A stretch of 64,000 nt of DNA from Toensbergia leucococca (lineage: Eukaryota). This document shows positions 52,656 to 64,000 of this stretch, piece after piece. A program made the position numbers and the translations under genes. Under the pieces are notes generated by a model. The model had not been told where the DNA came from, searched no databases, and saw only the letters and a list, made by a program, of their open reading frames with translations. The stretch lies in NCBI GenBank assembly GCA_022813965.1, contig JALDZS010000052.1:62001-126000 (forward strand), in the 5' to 3' direction. Each line of letters begins with the position of its first letter. Within the stretch, counting starts at the first letter, position 1.

Positions 52656-53411
52656 ATGATAGGTAGAAGGAAATCTAAACAAATATTGCCTCCATTAAAA
52701 AAGAAAAAGAGATCCACCTCGTCCATTGAAGAGATTGCATTCGATCACGGTGCACGAGCGGATTACCTGACCGGATTCCACAAGAGAAAGCTGCAGCGGA
52801 TCAAGCATGCGCAAGGGGAGGCTGCCAAAAAGGAGCGAGAGGAGCGGATCGCTGCTCGAAAAATTGTTGGTGACTCCTGATTCTACTTTCGCGGGTTACG
52901 TTTAACCTCCGGGGCACAGCTACGAGACGGACGAAAAGTAGACCTCGAGAAACATGTTAAAGCAGTGAATTCCATGCTAAGAGATGCTGATGGCGAGGCT
53001 GGTACTTCGCATGTAGAGAGTGAAGATAGTCAAATTGAGGAGTGGGGAGGGATTGCAGAATTATCGGAGATTGATCACGAAGCAGAATATATCGACGAGG
53101 ACCGATATACTACGGTCACCGTTGAAGCTGTGGATATATCGAAAGACGGATTTCACAAAAGTAATATTGAGAGCGAAGAGGAAGACGAAGTGGCAAGTGG
53201 TCTTGGAAAAGACGCAGCAGCCGCGAAGGATTCGACGGATAAGGAAGACAACAAAACACAAAAAGGGAAACGGGTTTGGACCAAGGAACGGCCTAATGGG
53301 CCCAAGAAGAGGAAGAAGAAGTTCAAATACGAGAGCAAAGCAGAGAGGAAGGTCACAAGGCATAAGGAGAAGTCAGGTAACAAAGCAAAGGCTAAAGCTA
53401 GGAAGGAATGA
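52656..53411 (+). CDS. RRP17: Ribosomal RNA-processing protein Rrp17 (Nop25 family)
   Basis: IAFDHGARADYLTGFHKRKLQR; EYIDEDRYTTVTVEAV; KKKFKYESKAERK; one intron at ~52867-52919. Confidence 0.92.
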
Positions 53412-53651
53412 TGCATTGTATTGTTAATTTCCAACGCACAGCATGATACCCCTTTTATAGAGTCATGTATTCGTGGCCGCTGAGAAAGCTCCATAATGCT
53501 ACACCGATTGGACACCATTGGAAACAAAGAGACGCACGAGGCCGAATAATCAGATGTAGCTTATGCCATCGATAACCCGATCGATCGTCAACCTTAAGTT
53601 GCTTCAAAACGCTTCAAATACAACGCCTAATTGATGTAAAGGGCCTATAAT

Positions 53652-54379
53652 CTAGATGTTGCCAATCTCGGCGTTAAAATCATCTAGCTCCTTCTGTACC
53701 AACTTGTACTTTTGAGACATCTCTTCGTATTTGGCTTCCCATTGTTCACTGGTACCTTCGAGGGCCTGGACCTTGCGCTCGTAGTGACCAGCTTTGACAT
53801 CTGTTTGACGTAGTCTGCGAGCAGAATATAGTCAGCGGGGATGTCAAGAAGTTTCTCTCATTCAGATCAGGGCAAAGATTTTTATAGGTATTATTCAAGA
53901 AACTTACCGGTCGTTGGTCTCCCTAAGCTTCCTATCCGATTCCTCGGCTTCCTCTTCTAGCAGCTGCAATCTTCTCTGTAATGCCTCATTCTGTGTGCTA
54001 TGATGACCGTTATCCTCCACCTGTGTCTTAGCGTCCTTAAGACCAGTCTCCAATTTCTCGACCTCTGCCTCTAACAACTGGTTCTTGTGTGATAAGGATG
54101 TAATCTCCTGCTCTTTTGACATGTTTTCCTGCTCGAGAAGCTTGACTTTGCTCTGAAGTTCTTCAACTTTGTTTTGGGCTTCCTCCTGTTCTAAGCGCAG
54201 GGTATTCATTTTCTAGTAAAGCTGTGTTAGCAAACTTGCATATCAAAGGTAGCCATTTCATGAGGAAGACGCGTCTAAGTCTTTAAGCCTCAAAAAGTAG
54301 GCTGCAGAGCAAAGCAAGGGCGTAAGGTATTGACAAAGCATGGTAGATGTACCTGCTTGATAGTTTCGAGATGAGACAT
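53652..54379 (-). CDS. TPM1: Tropomyosin
   Basis: MSHLETIKQ/KMNTLRLE..KEQEITSLSHKNQLLE..LQRRLQLLEEEAEESD..LRETND/LRQTDVKAGHYERKVQALE..WEAKYEEM..ELDDF; two introns. Confidence 0.95.
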
Positions 54380-54561
54380 GATTGCGGTTGAAGGTAGCGT
54401 AAGAGCGAAGCGACGATTTGTGAGTTTATGAGTAGAGCTTGCTGTAGTGTACGGATTTGAGTACGCGGTGCTTTGCTTATGGCGTGTATTGTTGGTGGAC
54501 ACCTAAGGATGTGTGCTGCGTCCATAAGCCCCTCGGTTCAAGCTGCCGCTTTTAGGGCGCC

Positions 54562-54588
54562 GTTTCCGTGACAACTTATCTGTAAACA
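54562..54588. promoter_or_regulatory. Candidate RFX X-box plus forkhead site in the tropomyosin/securin divergent promoter
   Basis: GTTTCCGTGACAAC (54562-54575; 11/14 match to GTTGCCATGGCAAC) followed 6 bp later by GTAAACA (54582-54588). Confidence 0.4.
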
Positions 54589-54689
54589 ATAGGAGTTTTC
54601 GACGTCAGGCGATGAACATCAATCAAGAATCGACCATTCAACATGTAAAGGAGTTATTAATACTTATCAACTGATACTTTCGACTCAAA

Positions 54690-56172
54690 ATGCTTGCTGC
54701 ACGGGATCAGGAGAACTTGGCTCATGGACACCAGACAACAGCAGCTTCAAAGCCTTTGAATCAAGGAACAAAGCAATTCCCACCAAAGACCCCTGGGAAC
54801 AAAGCATTCAAAACACCCTTCAAAATACCCCTCAATGACGAGAATGGTGCTACTGGATATTGTGGAGGGAAAACGGCATTAAACATTCATGGCAAAGGCA
54901 ACGAGAATCTGCCGATTACGGGAAAGAAATTGGCCCCTGCAAACAAGGATGCGTTCATTACACCGATGGGTATGTTCTCTCGTGAATCTCAATGAGCGAT
55001 TTCCTAGCTTACGTTCTATGATGCGTAAGGGCCACGAAGTCGAGCTCCCCTAGGCCTCAAGACTACCAATGCCAAAGCGAAATCACTGCAAACCCCTGCA
55101 CTACTTCCCACTGATAATGAACATGACAAAACAAATCAGAAGAGCTCAGGCGTTCGGAAGTCGAAGCCGCGAGTATCTCATGCAGAAATGACAAAGCTAG
55201 AGATTCTTGGTGACAAAGATGAGCTCGAGGAGAGGGAAATCGAGTATATGCCACCACCAGCTACAAGTACAGTCAATGCATGTTCAAAAAATAGATATTC
55301 GCTGACCTGAAATAGACTTGCCTGATTATCCAGACGAGGATCTTCATAAGATGGATTTCTCAATGTTTGAAAAAGGAGGACTGACACGCGGCTACTGGGG
55401 CTACTACTTGAATAGACCTGGTCCGGATGGGTTGAGTCACCTACAGCGAGAAGAGCAGGAGCGCCAGAAGGTATGGGATAAGCATGACAAGATAATGGAA
55501 GCGACGATTCAAAGAGATATCGATAGCGCTCCAATCCCTTGCATCCATAACCCGGAATGCCCTGGCGAGGAGTGTAAGGCGAGTATTGAAGCCAAGAAAA
55601 CAGCCGAGGCAAAGTGGAAGAAGACTGTCGCAACTCTTGAATACAAGCAGGAACCTGCACCGAGGAAGCTTCAAGAAAACAAAGGTCCTTCGACGCTCAC
55701 ATCCAAAAGCGCAGCTATGGCTCTGTCTCAAGCCAGGCCAACCTCTGTCGCTCCAAAGCAAAAAGTCCCATCCACTAAACCTCAATTCCCATCCTCTGTT
55801 CTCTCTCGTAGACAGAAGACTCCTCCCCCTTCGAACCCGTCGCCAATGCGACACACGGCCGCGGCGGTAAATTCGAAAAACACCATGGGTTACTCCAAAG
55901 GTCGTGCCGCGTCGGCGGCTCTCCGCAAGACAGTCCTCCCCAAGAAAGAACTCCCAACTTTGGAAGCCCCAGATCAGACGCTAGCACCTGCGATATATAT
56001 CCAGCGTTACGGCGAACCTCGCTTGGGTAGTGAGATGTGGTTTCGCTGCAAGTCAGCCGGCTGTTTTGATAGTGATGAAGATGAGGGGCTAGAGGACGGC
56101 CTAAAGGGCATCATACCGGAAAGTCTACTGATGGACGAAGAGGCAGAGAGGGATTTTGCATTCACTTGGTAA
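54690..56172 (+). CDS. Securin-like protein (Pds1/Cut2 analogue of filamentous fungi)
   Basis: MLAARDQENL; several KTP CDK-type sites; D-box-like RAPLGLKTTN; EIEYMPP motif. Introns at ~54970-55029 and ~55268-55315. Confidence 0.75.
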
Positions 56173-57497
56173 AGTGCGAATGATTTCGGGAAACATGTTG
56201 GGACAGGATCGGCAAAGTGTTCACATGCACTGGTTGCTTTTCGCGTGGTGTTGGCTAGCAAGTATTGATGAGCATGAAATTGAAAGTAATCATTGAATTT
56301 CCTTGTTACCCACTGGAATATGCTCACGATTGTGATATGTTGTTTGGGAACATGAGTAGGATGGAATGATATCTTCTATGAAGTGAGTGGATTCCAAGAC
56401 TACAGAGATGAGAGCACTTTGTGGTGGTCTTCTCATAGTAAGACGATTCTGAAATCATGCTTATTGAGTCTCATACGAGTGTACTTGAGTAAGTGAGATT
56501 ACTCAACATGAATTATCAAGCCTCCTTTAGTTTCTACTGTGATTCAAAACTGGTGAAAATCTGTAGATTGAACCAGAGTGCATCGAACAAATCCAAGCAT
56601 GTAAGCAGTCAGATATCTGAACGATACGGAAGATTTCAGGTGTTTACAGAAAGTGAGAGGGTTGACTAACGGGTGCCCTTCGCCTGCCCTTCGCCATCGG
56701 TCACAAGCCCTAACCCCGCTTCCCTCGACCAAGCAAAGCCCGGCGGAAACCAAGGTTGAAAAAGTTAATGTCAACCCCCTTCCATCATATCTTGTCAACT
56801 CGTCCACCAGAAAAATTCCACATATGAATGGCGTACTCCGATATTTGGCAGCCGTGGAGAGCGAAGATGGGTTATTATGAGCTTCTTTCTCCCTCAAGCT
56901 AATGCTCAAAAATATCCCTGTATAGATTTCTTCGTGCTTGGTCATGCCGCAGGTCTTCTTTGCATAAGGGAAGTGGGTGACCAACGCAAGCAGGTACTGG
57001 GAGCAAGACTTATTATAGCGTCGATGAACCCTCACAAACTCACCGACAAAAGAAACACAATCCCCACTTGACTATTGTATCAGCGCCATTAGGAATCGAA
57101 TCTAATGTGAAAAATGTATGACTCCTATTACACCGACAAGGTGCAGCTTTTCTGTGCCTTGGAATTTCATTTCTCTTACGTGATTAGCATACTTCTGGAA
57201 GTCGAAAGCTTGGCTCTAACCAAGCAAAACATTTGCGCATGACCAGCCTCGGAATTCAGCGAGATTTTTCTCAATTGCTAGACACGTGTGCTCTACTTTG
57301 TTTATATTTCTTACCTCCTCAAGAGGCTCTTCCATCAATTGCATTGAGATGTTTTGCTTCTCAAGACTCCAATCCAATAAGCTCCACCTTCAATAACCTT
57401 CCTCATTCCACCCCAACCCAATTCACTTTCCCCAAACCCAACACTCGCCCAAACCAGCCCCACGTCGTTCCATCTCTTCCCTGCCCCATAAACACCC

Positions 57498-58050
57498 ATG
57501 TCTCCTCACCACCTCACCGCCTCCCACGGCCGCGGCGGCGCAGGTAAGCCCTCCCCCACACCCTCAAATCAACTCCCAATCAACTAAACCCTCTTCAGGC
57601 AACATTTCAACCCCTTCACCCCCACAGCCGAACCTCGCCCTCTCAACCTCAACCCTCAAAATCCCCCTTTACACCACCGGCCGCGGCGGCACCGGAAACA
57701 TGGCCATCAACGACCCCGCAAACCCACAACTAGCCCGCGACCGCCAAGACGTCGAAGTCGGCTCCCGCGAAGTCGGTGAGAGTAATCATTGTGGTCGAGG
57801 TGAGTGCCCCCTCTTTCTTTTAGAAAAAAAGGAAACTCTTTAGCTGGTTTTTGGGAGAGCTGGTGGATAGCATGGGGGACTGATGAGTGTGGGGATTGTA
57901 GGCGGCGCAGCAAATACCATCCGGACGAGTGAGGATGGTGCAAGGTTGGGAAGGGAGGCGCTTTCTAGTGGCGTCGGAGGGAAAGGGGAGAGGAATCGGA
58001 GTCGGGGGCTGGCGGATCGGGGGAAGGAGCTTTTGTTTGGGGGCAAATAG
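57498..58050 (+). CDS. Small GRGG(A/T)GN-repeat protein (DUF3602/Par32-like)
   Basis: Three exons: SHGRGGA/GNI..YTTGRGGTGNM..ARDRQDVE..HCGR/GGAANT..GLADRGKELLFGGK*. Confidence 0.85.
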
Positions 58051-60327
58051 ATTGGGTTCGATGGGCTGCATTGCGGGGGCGCCATGTGGGAATATCTGGC
58101 GTTGGGTTCGGTAGATGAGGTGGGTGCCTTTCTTGTAAATTCGTGGCTTCAGAAAGGTTGGTATTTATGGGATTGTTTTTTGGGGGCTGGTGTGTCGTGT
58201 GGTATTTTGAGATGGGTGTGACGGTGGTTTAGCAGGGGCTGACAAGGTCAAGAGACGTGATGATCGAGATCTAGTTTGGTAAACTGGAGCTGTTTCGAGT
58301 CTGTGAGATTGGTCCTTCCCCCCTCCCAACACACTCCCCGCGGAGAAGGCTTTTAGAATTGAGAGGGGGACAGGTTGTGAGATGTGTGAGGGGTGGGGGA
58401 AGGGGTTACTTCCATTATCTTCGGATCAAAGCAGAGCAAAGACTTTCAATTCGATTAGGGATGGGGAATAAAGATGTCGACATTGCTCTCGAAATGTTGA
58501 AACCAAACACCATCAATTTCAAAGATCAGATCCAGTCCCCAAGCAAGAAAATCCGGGAGTCTCATACTCTTTCCTTCACCGACTGTCTCTTTTTCTTTCT
58601 TCCCCAGAATCTTACCCACTCTCCCTACCATGTTCCCCCCCTACTTGAAAAGATCCGAGTCTTCACTCAGCCCTACACCGCCCCTGAAGCGATTGAGATT
58701 TAAGCAGAGACAGCTTCTTCGTTTACAGATAGGCTTTGAGTGATCTGGGAAATGGGTTAGTGTTGAGGGCGGCGCTGAGGAAGGTGCGGGAGGTGTGGGA
58801 GGTGCCAATATGCGTCTTAATTTGCGCTTGGGCTTGATGGGATTGGGGGGAGTGAGAGGGAAGGGAGGGAGAAAGGGGAGTTTGAGATTTTTCAGCTTTG
58901 ATGCTTTTTGTTTCGAATTTGGAATGGTTTTTTTCTTCTGGGACTTCTGTTTCTGGTGCTCGAGTTGGATGCTTGTGATGGGGTTGGTAGTAGCTGGAGC
59001 TTTGGACCATGCTGTGGGTGCTGCGATGGTGTTGTCTTCGGTGGGTGGGCTGGTTCTTGGCGTTGGGTATGGGCTGTGCGCTGGGCTTGGGGGTTTTTGG
59101 TGGAGGGTTTGGTGGAGAGTGGAAGGGGGGGCTGTAAGTGCGTGTGAATGGATGCTGGGCCAGGCCGGGATTGGAGAATGATGTTATGTGAGGAATAAAG
59201 AATGGCTTTTTTTTTTCTTTTACGTTTTGGTTAGGGGAGTTGAGACGGATTTTCTTTTTGGATTGAATAAAGGATGTGGGATTCGAGGTCGGTTTCGTGG
59301 GAGTTTTTGCCTGGTTGAGGTCAACGAATATAAGGAAATAGGAGGTTGCTTGGGTTTCCGAAGTTGTGTGAGACATTTGATCAGTTGCGGAGACAGATCC
59401 AATTGTCGCAGGGATACTTATAAAACTCGTCGAAGTGGCGATAAGTGTTGCTCAAAGCTATTCCCTACTTCTTTCATTAGGGCAATGCCATTCCACTGCT
59501 GTGTGTACATTCTAGTCATAGCGCAGCGTCGTTAGTATCGGAGTATGCATTTGGTAATCATAGCGTAGCTCTTCAAAGTCAATGTATGATGACTTCGTTC
59601 TATGATGAATAGCAAGAGTTAGATCGACCGGAAGCTGCTTCGGCATTACTTCAATCAAATTCTGCTGACGCCAAAACAGTAGATCTCCTGTGAAAGCGAA
59701 GAGGTCCACTGATATTCTCCGGAATAGCGAAGATTCCGGGGTGGTTTTCGTAGACTTGAAGTATTTCGTCGTCCTTTGGAAGTTGCTCGTTTGATAGTAC
59801 TTTATCCATGAACATGTCAATGCATTGATTCTGATGGTCCGCTATATCTTGAGCTTCCAGAAAGATGTATCATCTTTCAGCGAGATTGCGAACAGCATCA
59901 ATGTTCCGCCCGGCTAGGACTGCGGCAAGGCGGAGTGTCAATGTATCATGGGGGGGCCTGGTCCTGGAAGCTTTTGAAGAAAGTATTACAAGCTGCGAGT
60001 GGTAAATTATCAATTAATTTACGGAGTAGGTGGGCTCGACTCCTATGTTAGGAATGTTTATTGACAGCCGATTCCTCCTCGTCCGGCTCTCAGCACACGC
60101 TATTCTAAAACTAGCGCGTTCCTTCATATTGTGGCTCAATCCACCGAATCCTCCCTCCACTCTGTTCTAATCCTCCACTACGCCGGTGGTCTCTATCATT
60201 GGCCGAAGTTTGCATGCGATGACAATCATGCCTACGTTTCACTGGATTTCTGTCCTAGAGCTCATGAGAGTCTTGTGGGGCCTAGCCCTCGGTACTGATA
60301 ATTCGAAGATGGTGGCATGACTTAGCC

Positions 60328-63254
60328 ATGTCTATGTTCAAAAGAGCGCCCGTGGTTGGCGGTCAGGCACGACAGGATGTCTTGACCCCACTGCGCATGG
60401 CCCAAATCGTCTCCTCAAAGCCAGTATTACCAGCAGGTAGATACTCTCAATGACCGAGGGTAGCACGTTTTTGACCCTTTCTAGAGATCCTTTCAACCAT
60501 CCTGGATTTCCTCCCCGTTCCTGATCTCATCCGGTTTGCCCAATGTTCGAAGCGGATGCGGGAAATGGTATATGACGATACTCGGTGGGTCCAAAGGTTG
60601 CAGTTGATCGGATGTTGGAACGAGCTTGATGCACGAACAAGAGCCGAAGTTGCCAGGCGCAAGACAGCTGATGCGCAGCAAGACCATCGGGAAGAAGCAG
60701 GTAAGAGGGTTGGAATCGGGGTGGACACATCTCCTGACGCAAATACGAATGTGGAGAATCCGGGTAGATCAAGTACTACTATCTTCGATGCGAGATGGCA
60801 AGAAGCAGAGCTGCACCGGTCAGGATCTAATCGAACGAAAGGTAGAGAAAGTGATTTGAACGATGGATTTGAAGCCGTTTCCCTGTCCCCAAGTGGTAAT
60901 AAAAATCCACCTTCACCTCACAGGCCACAAAATACTAGTTCCCCGCTCAATATACTATCACAAGTACAATCAGTGCGTGGTTTGGCTCGGCGGGAATATG
61001 GAAAGATTTACGGAGTACTGGCTCCCTTTTATGATGACGCAGTGCGGTGCAAGATGCATACTGATGCTAAAGTCTTTCGCACGTACCGAGATCCAGACCA
61101 ACAAGCTCAGATGTTGTCTCAATTGGGAAGGTTTTCCCATAGCGACATATCACAAGGATGGCGGCAAAGACAAGAGAAGCTGCAATCTGTAACAGACGCC
61201 TTTGAAGATGCTGTATCTCGAGAGTTTGATCAAGCGCTTGAAATTGGTGATGTTGACGGTAGGTTGCGCAAGTATGCACATGTGCTTGTGAGCCTCAACG
61301 GAGGCCTACGGGGAGTGGAGAGCTTTATTACGAAGAGCCCGTGTATAGATGGAAAGCAAATGTTTGGTGATCCAATGGACTGCCTTGAATCTAGCGGCGT
61401 CGGCGCCATATCCTTTGACAAGTCTCAGGCTTTCTTCCAACAGCTCTCAATCGCTTTCAACGAGCAGATTGCCATCATTGACCAAGTGTTTCCTCCCTCT
61501 GTCAACGTGGTTATTCCTTTTTTACGTAGGATAGGAAAGGATGTTGTTGCCGAATACCTCACTGTACTATTTGATGAATCTCATGAGACGAGCATAGAAT
61601 CATATTTGAAAGCTGTCTCTGCTACATATGAGCAGAGTCTTGATTTCGCCAAGTCATTGCGGCCAACGCAAGGATCAGGAGACGAGTTCTACGACACAGT
61701 TGATCAAATTATATCCAACGTTTTCGAGCCACACCTCGATCTTTATCTCCAAGAAGAAATGGAATTCTTCAAGCAGAGATCCGATGCAGAGGTTGGCGAT
61801 TGGGAAAGGCAACTCTCAGAGCAAGATGCTTCCATGGCGTCCATGTACATGTCCAATGTTCATCGACAGGCTGACAAGCGTGACTTCTTGACATCCTTTA
61901 AGAAAGTCGTCATGATGCCCGTGAACGTCTTACCTACGTTTCCCATGTCGTCGCCATTCAGTGGTAAGCCTGCTACCGCAAAAGCTTTGGTCAACGGAGA
62001 GACCTTGGAGACTTTGCAGCCTTCTCCATCAGAGACGTCGACTAGGCCTTCTACGCCTAGCTTGTCTAACAATCCTGCCTTGACCATCAATAGAGCCGCG
62101 ACGCCTCTGTCGGATCCACCTACCACTGAGCTTGCCGCCAAAGCCGCAATAATGAACTCGAGGCTGGAGGGCATCCGCTCTCTGTTCAGTATAGAGGTTG
62201 CACTCAATCTTGTGCACAACGCCAAATCCAGTATTGAAAGAGCGGCCGTATTTGTGAAGTTGGGAAGCCATTTCAGCGGAGATGTGCGCAAACAATGCGA
62301 AGGCATCTTCATTCTGCTCTTGCAGATCTTAGGCACTCGTCATATCAAGGCTGGCTTTGATCAGGCGGTGGACCACTTGTCCAAGTACAATCCTCGAGAA
62401 ACTGGTGAACATAGTGAGCCTGGTGTCACACCCCTGATCATCTTTTTGGAGCTCGTCAATGTAGGCGATCTTATTCAGCAAATGCTTGACGTGTTTTACG
62501 AGCAAGAACTTATAGCTACAAAGCTCACGGACCGGAGCGACTTCCTTGATCCTGCGGTAAAGGAGAAGAAGCGCTTTGAGCAGATGCTCGATGAACGAGT
62601 CGCTGCAGGCCTGAACAGTGGTATTGAAGCACTGATGGCTGAGGTGGAATTCGTTTGTGCTACTACTCAGTTGGTCGAAGACTTTAATCCCGGCGTATCT
62701 GGAGACGCAAACAACAGCGCCAGTAACATAGGCCCCAGCAGGACAGCAAAGCAGGTCGTAGAAGTGGTATCCTCCCATACGAAGATGCTGATCGGGAGCA
62801 CGGACAAAAACATGTTGGACGTCTTCAATCAAGAAGTAGGACTACGGTTGTTCACAGCATTATGTAAACACCTGAAGAGGCAACGTGTTAGCGTCGACGG
62901 TTCTATCAAGCTAATATGGTAATAAATCCTCTCCTTTTTCCACTCTTTCTTAGGTACAAATCACTAACCCACGAAAAATGTAGCGACATGAACCACTACT
63001 TTATGTATGTTCAAACCCTCAAGAACCAAAACTTGCTGCAATACTTTGTGGCGTTGCGGGAGTTGGTGCAGATTTATCTCATTGATCCCTCGGATGCGAA
63101 GGAGCTGGCTACAATCATTGCGGATGGAGATCGATTCAAGGGCATTTTTCGAGCAGAAGAGGTGTACGAGTTTGCGGAGAGAAGAGCGGACTGGTACCAA
63201 ATTAAGAGGAGAGTTGAGAGAGCAATGTACGGTATAGGCTGCTTGGTCATGTAG
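60328..63254 (+). CDS. RCY1: F-box/Sec10-like recycling protein Rcy1 (recyclin)
   Basis: F-box LPA/EILSTILDFLPVPDLIRFAQCSKRMREMVYDDTRW; DFLTSFKKVVMMPV; LFSIEVAL; FLELVNVGDLIQQMLDVFY; C-terminal EEVYEFAERRADW..VERAMYGIGCLVM (CaaX). Confidence 0.94.
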
Positions 63255-64000
63255 CGAAATACTCAAGCAATCGGCTTTGATTTTCTTTTTGATCGCCGAC
63301 AACGGCAATCTGATATGCACAGCTGAATACGTAGAAGAGATAGGATTTAGGGGGAGTCTGATACTTCATTAGCCCCCTCGACGCTTCATCGGCACTTACT
63401 ATCCTTTCACGTATGTGATGAATGGTGGGTTTTGCTTCATTTGCTACTTGATGATCAACTGAAATTTCTCTAACTTCCTTCGTTCCTACACATCACCCTG
63501 ATCATGTTACTATTCTCTTCCCTCACTCTTTCTCGGCTTCTTTACATCTTCCATCTATAACGGCACTGCGTTTCTTCTATGCTGCGTCTTCCTTTTCTTT
63601 AATTCTATACTAGGCATATTCAATTATCGTCTGAAAGAATTGAGGGCTTATATAAAATTTGATACTATGATGATCGGAGAAGGGAACGGCCGACAATCCT
63701 TTCAGTAGGTATTGAACGTCCCTCAAATTTATCATGCTTCGTTAAAATAGGAGGAAGCTATGCTTTAGTCAATTCAATTGATTGCTCTTACTACTGACGA
63801 TCATGATGAACAGAGAAAAAGGTGAGAAACCGTGTCATCACTCCGAAGTGATTGTCCTTGGCTTGCTGGTAGCTCATGTCGAAGAGCATGTTCAGACCAC
63901 TAATTTGTAATATGTTTCGCTTCTCCATCAAATTGATCAGAAAGCACATCATGGCGATGCGCTCGGAGATGCTACGGTATCTGATCGTGATAAACGCTCA

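Noticed and set aside
58723..59376. 217-aa minus-strand ORF
   Set aside because: Low-complexity Pro/Lys/His-rich product is expected from the G/T skew. A shorter real gene from ~59030 cannot be excluded.
59512..59950. Minus-strand ORF fragment upstream of RCY1
   Set aside because: No ATG start or domain support.

Overview
Intron-containing filamentous ascomycete (Pezizomycotina) genomic DNA with two distinct halves. Bases ~1-40 kb are accessory and gene-sparse: two paralogous 2OG-Fe(II) dioxygenases (one resembling HtyE/GloF-type proline hydroxylases) beside an MFS exporter, PNGase A, small secreted proteins, a three-copy orphan gene array (one copy pseudogenised), a Gypsy gag/LTR relic, two MITE-like elements, a VOC/glyoxalase, a sugar/polyol porter, a SAM methyltransferase and a CAP/PR-1 protein. 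Bases ~40.5-63.3 kb are a compact housekeeping block: HEL2, a DEK-C/SWIB protein, eIF3b, CSI2-like, FCF1, BIG1, RRP17, tropomyosin, securin-like, a GRGG-repeat protein and RCY1. The most unusual signals are about 10 islands of C-rich-then-G-rich strand skew that override coding sequence, and a structured intergenic tract near 56.7 kb with a telomere-template-like motif (speculative telomerase RNA candidate). All gene models and names come from manual reading and family recall, not database searches.
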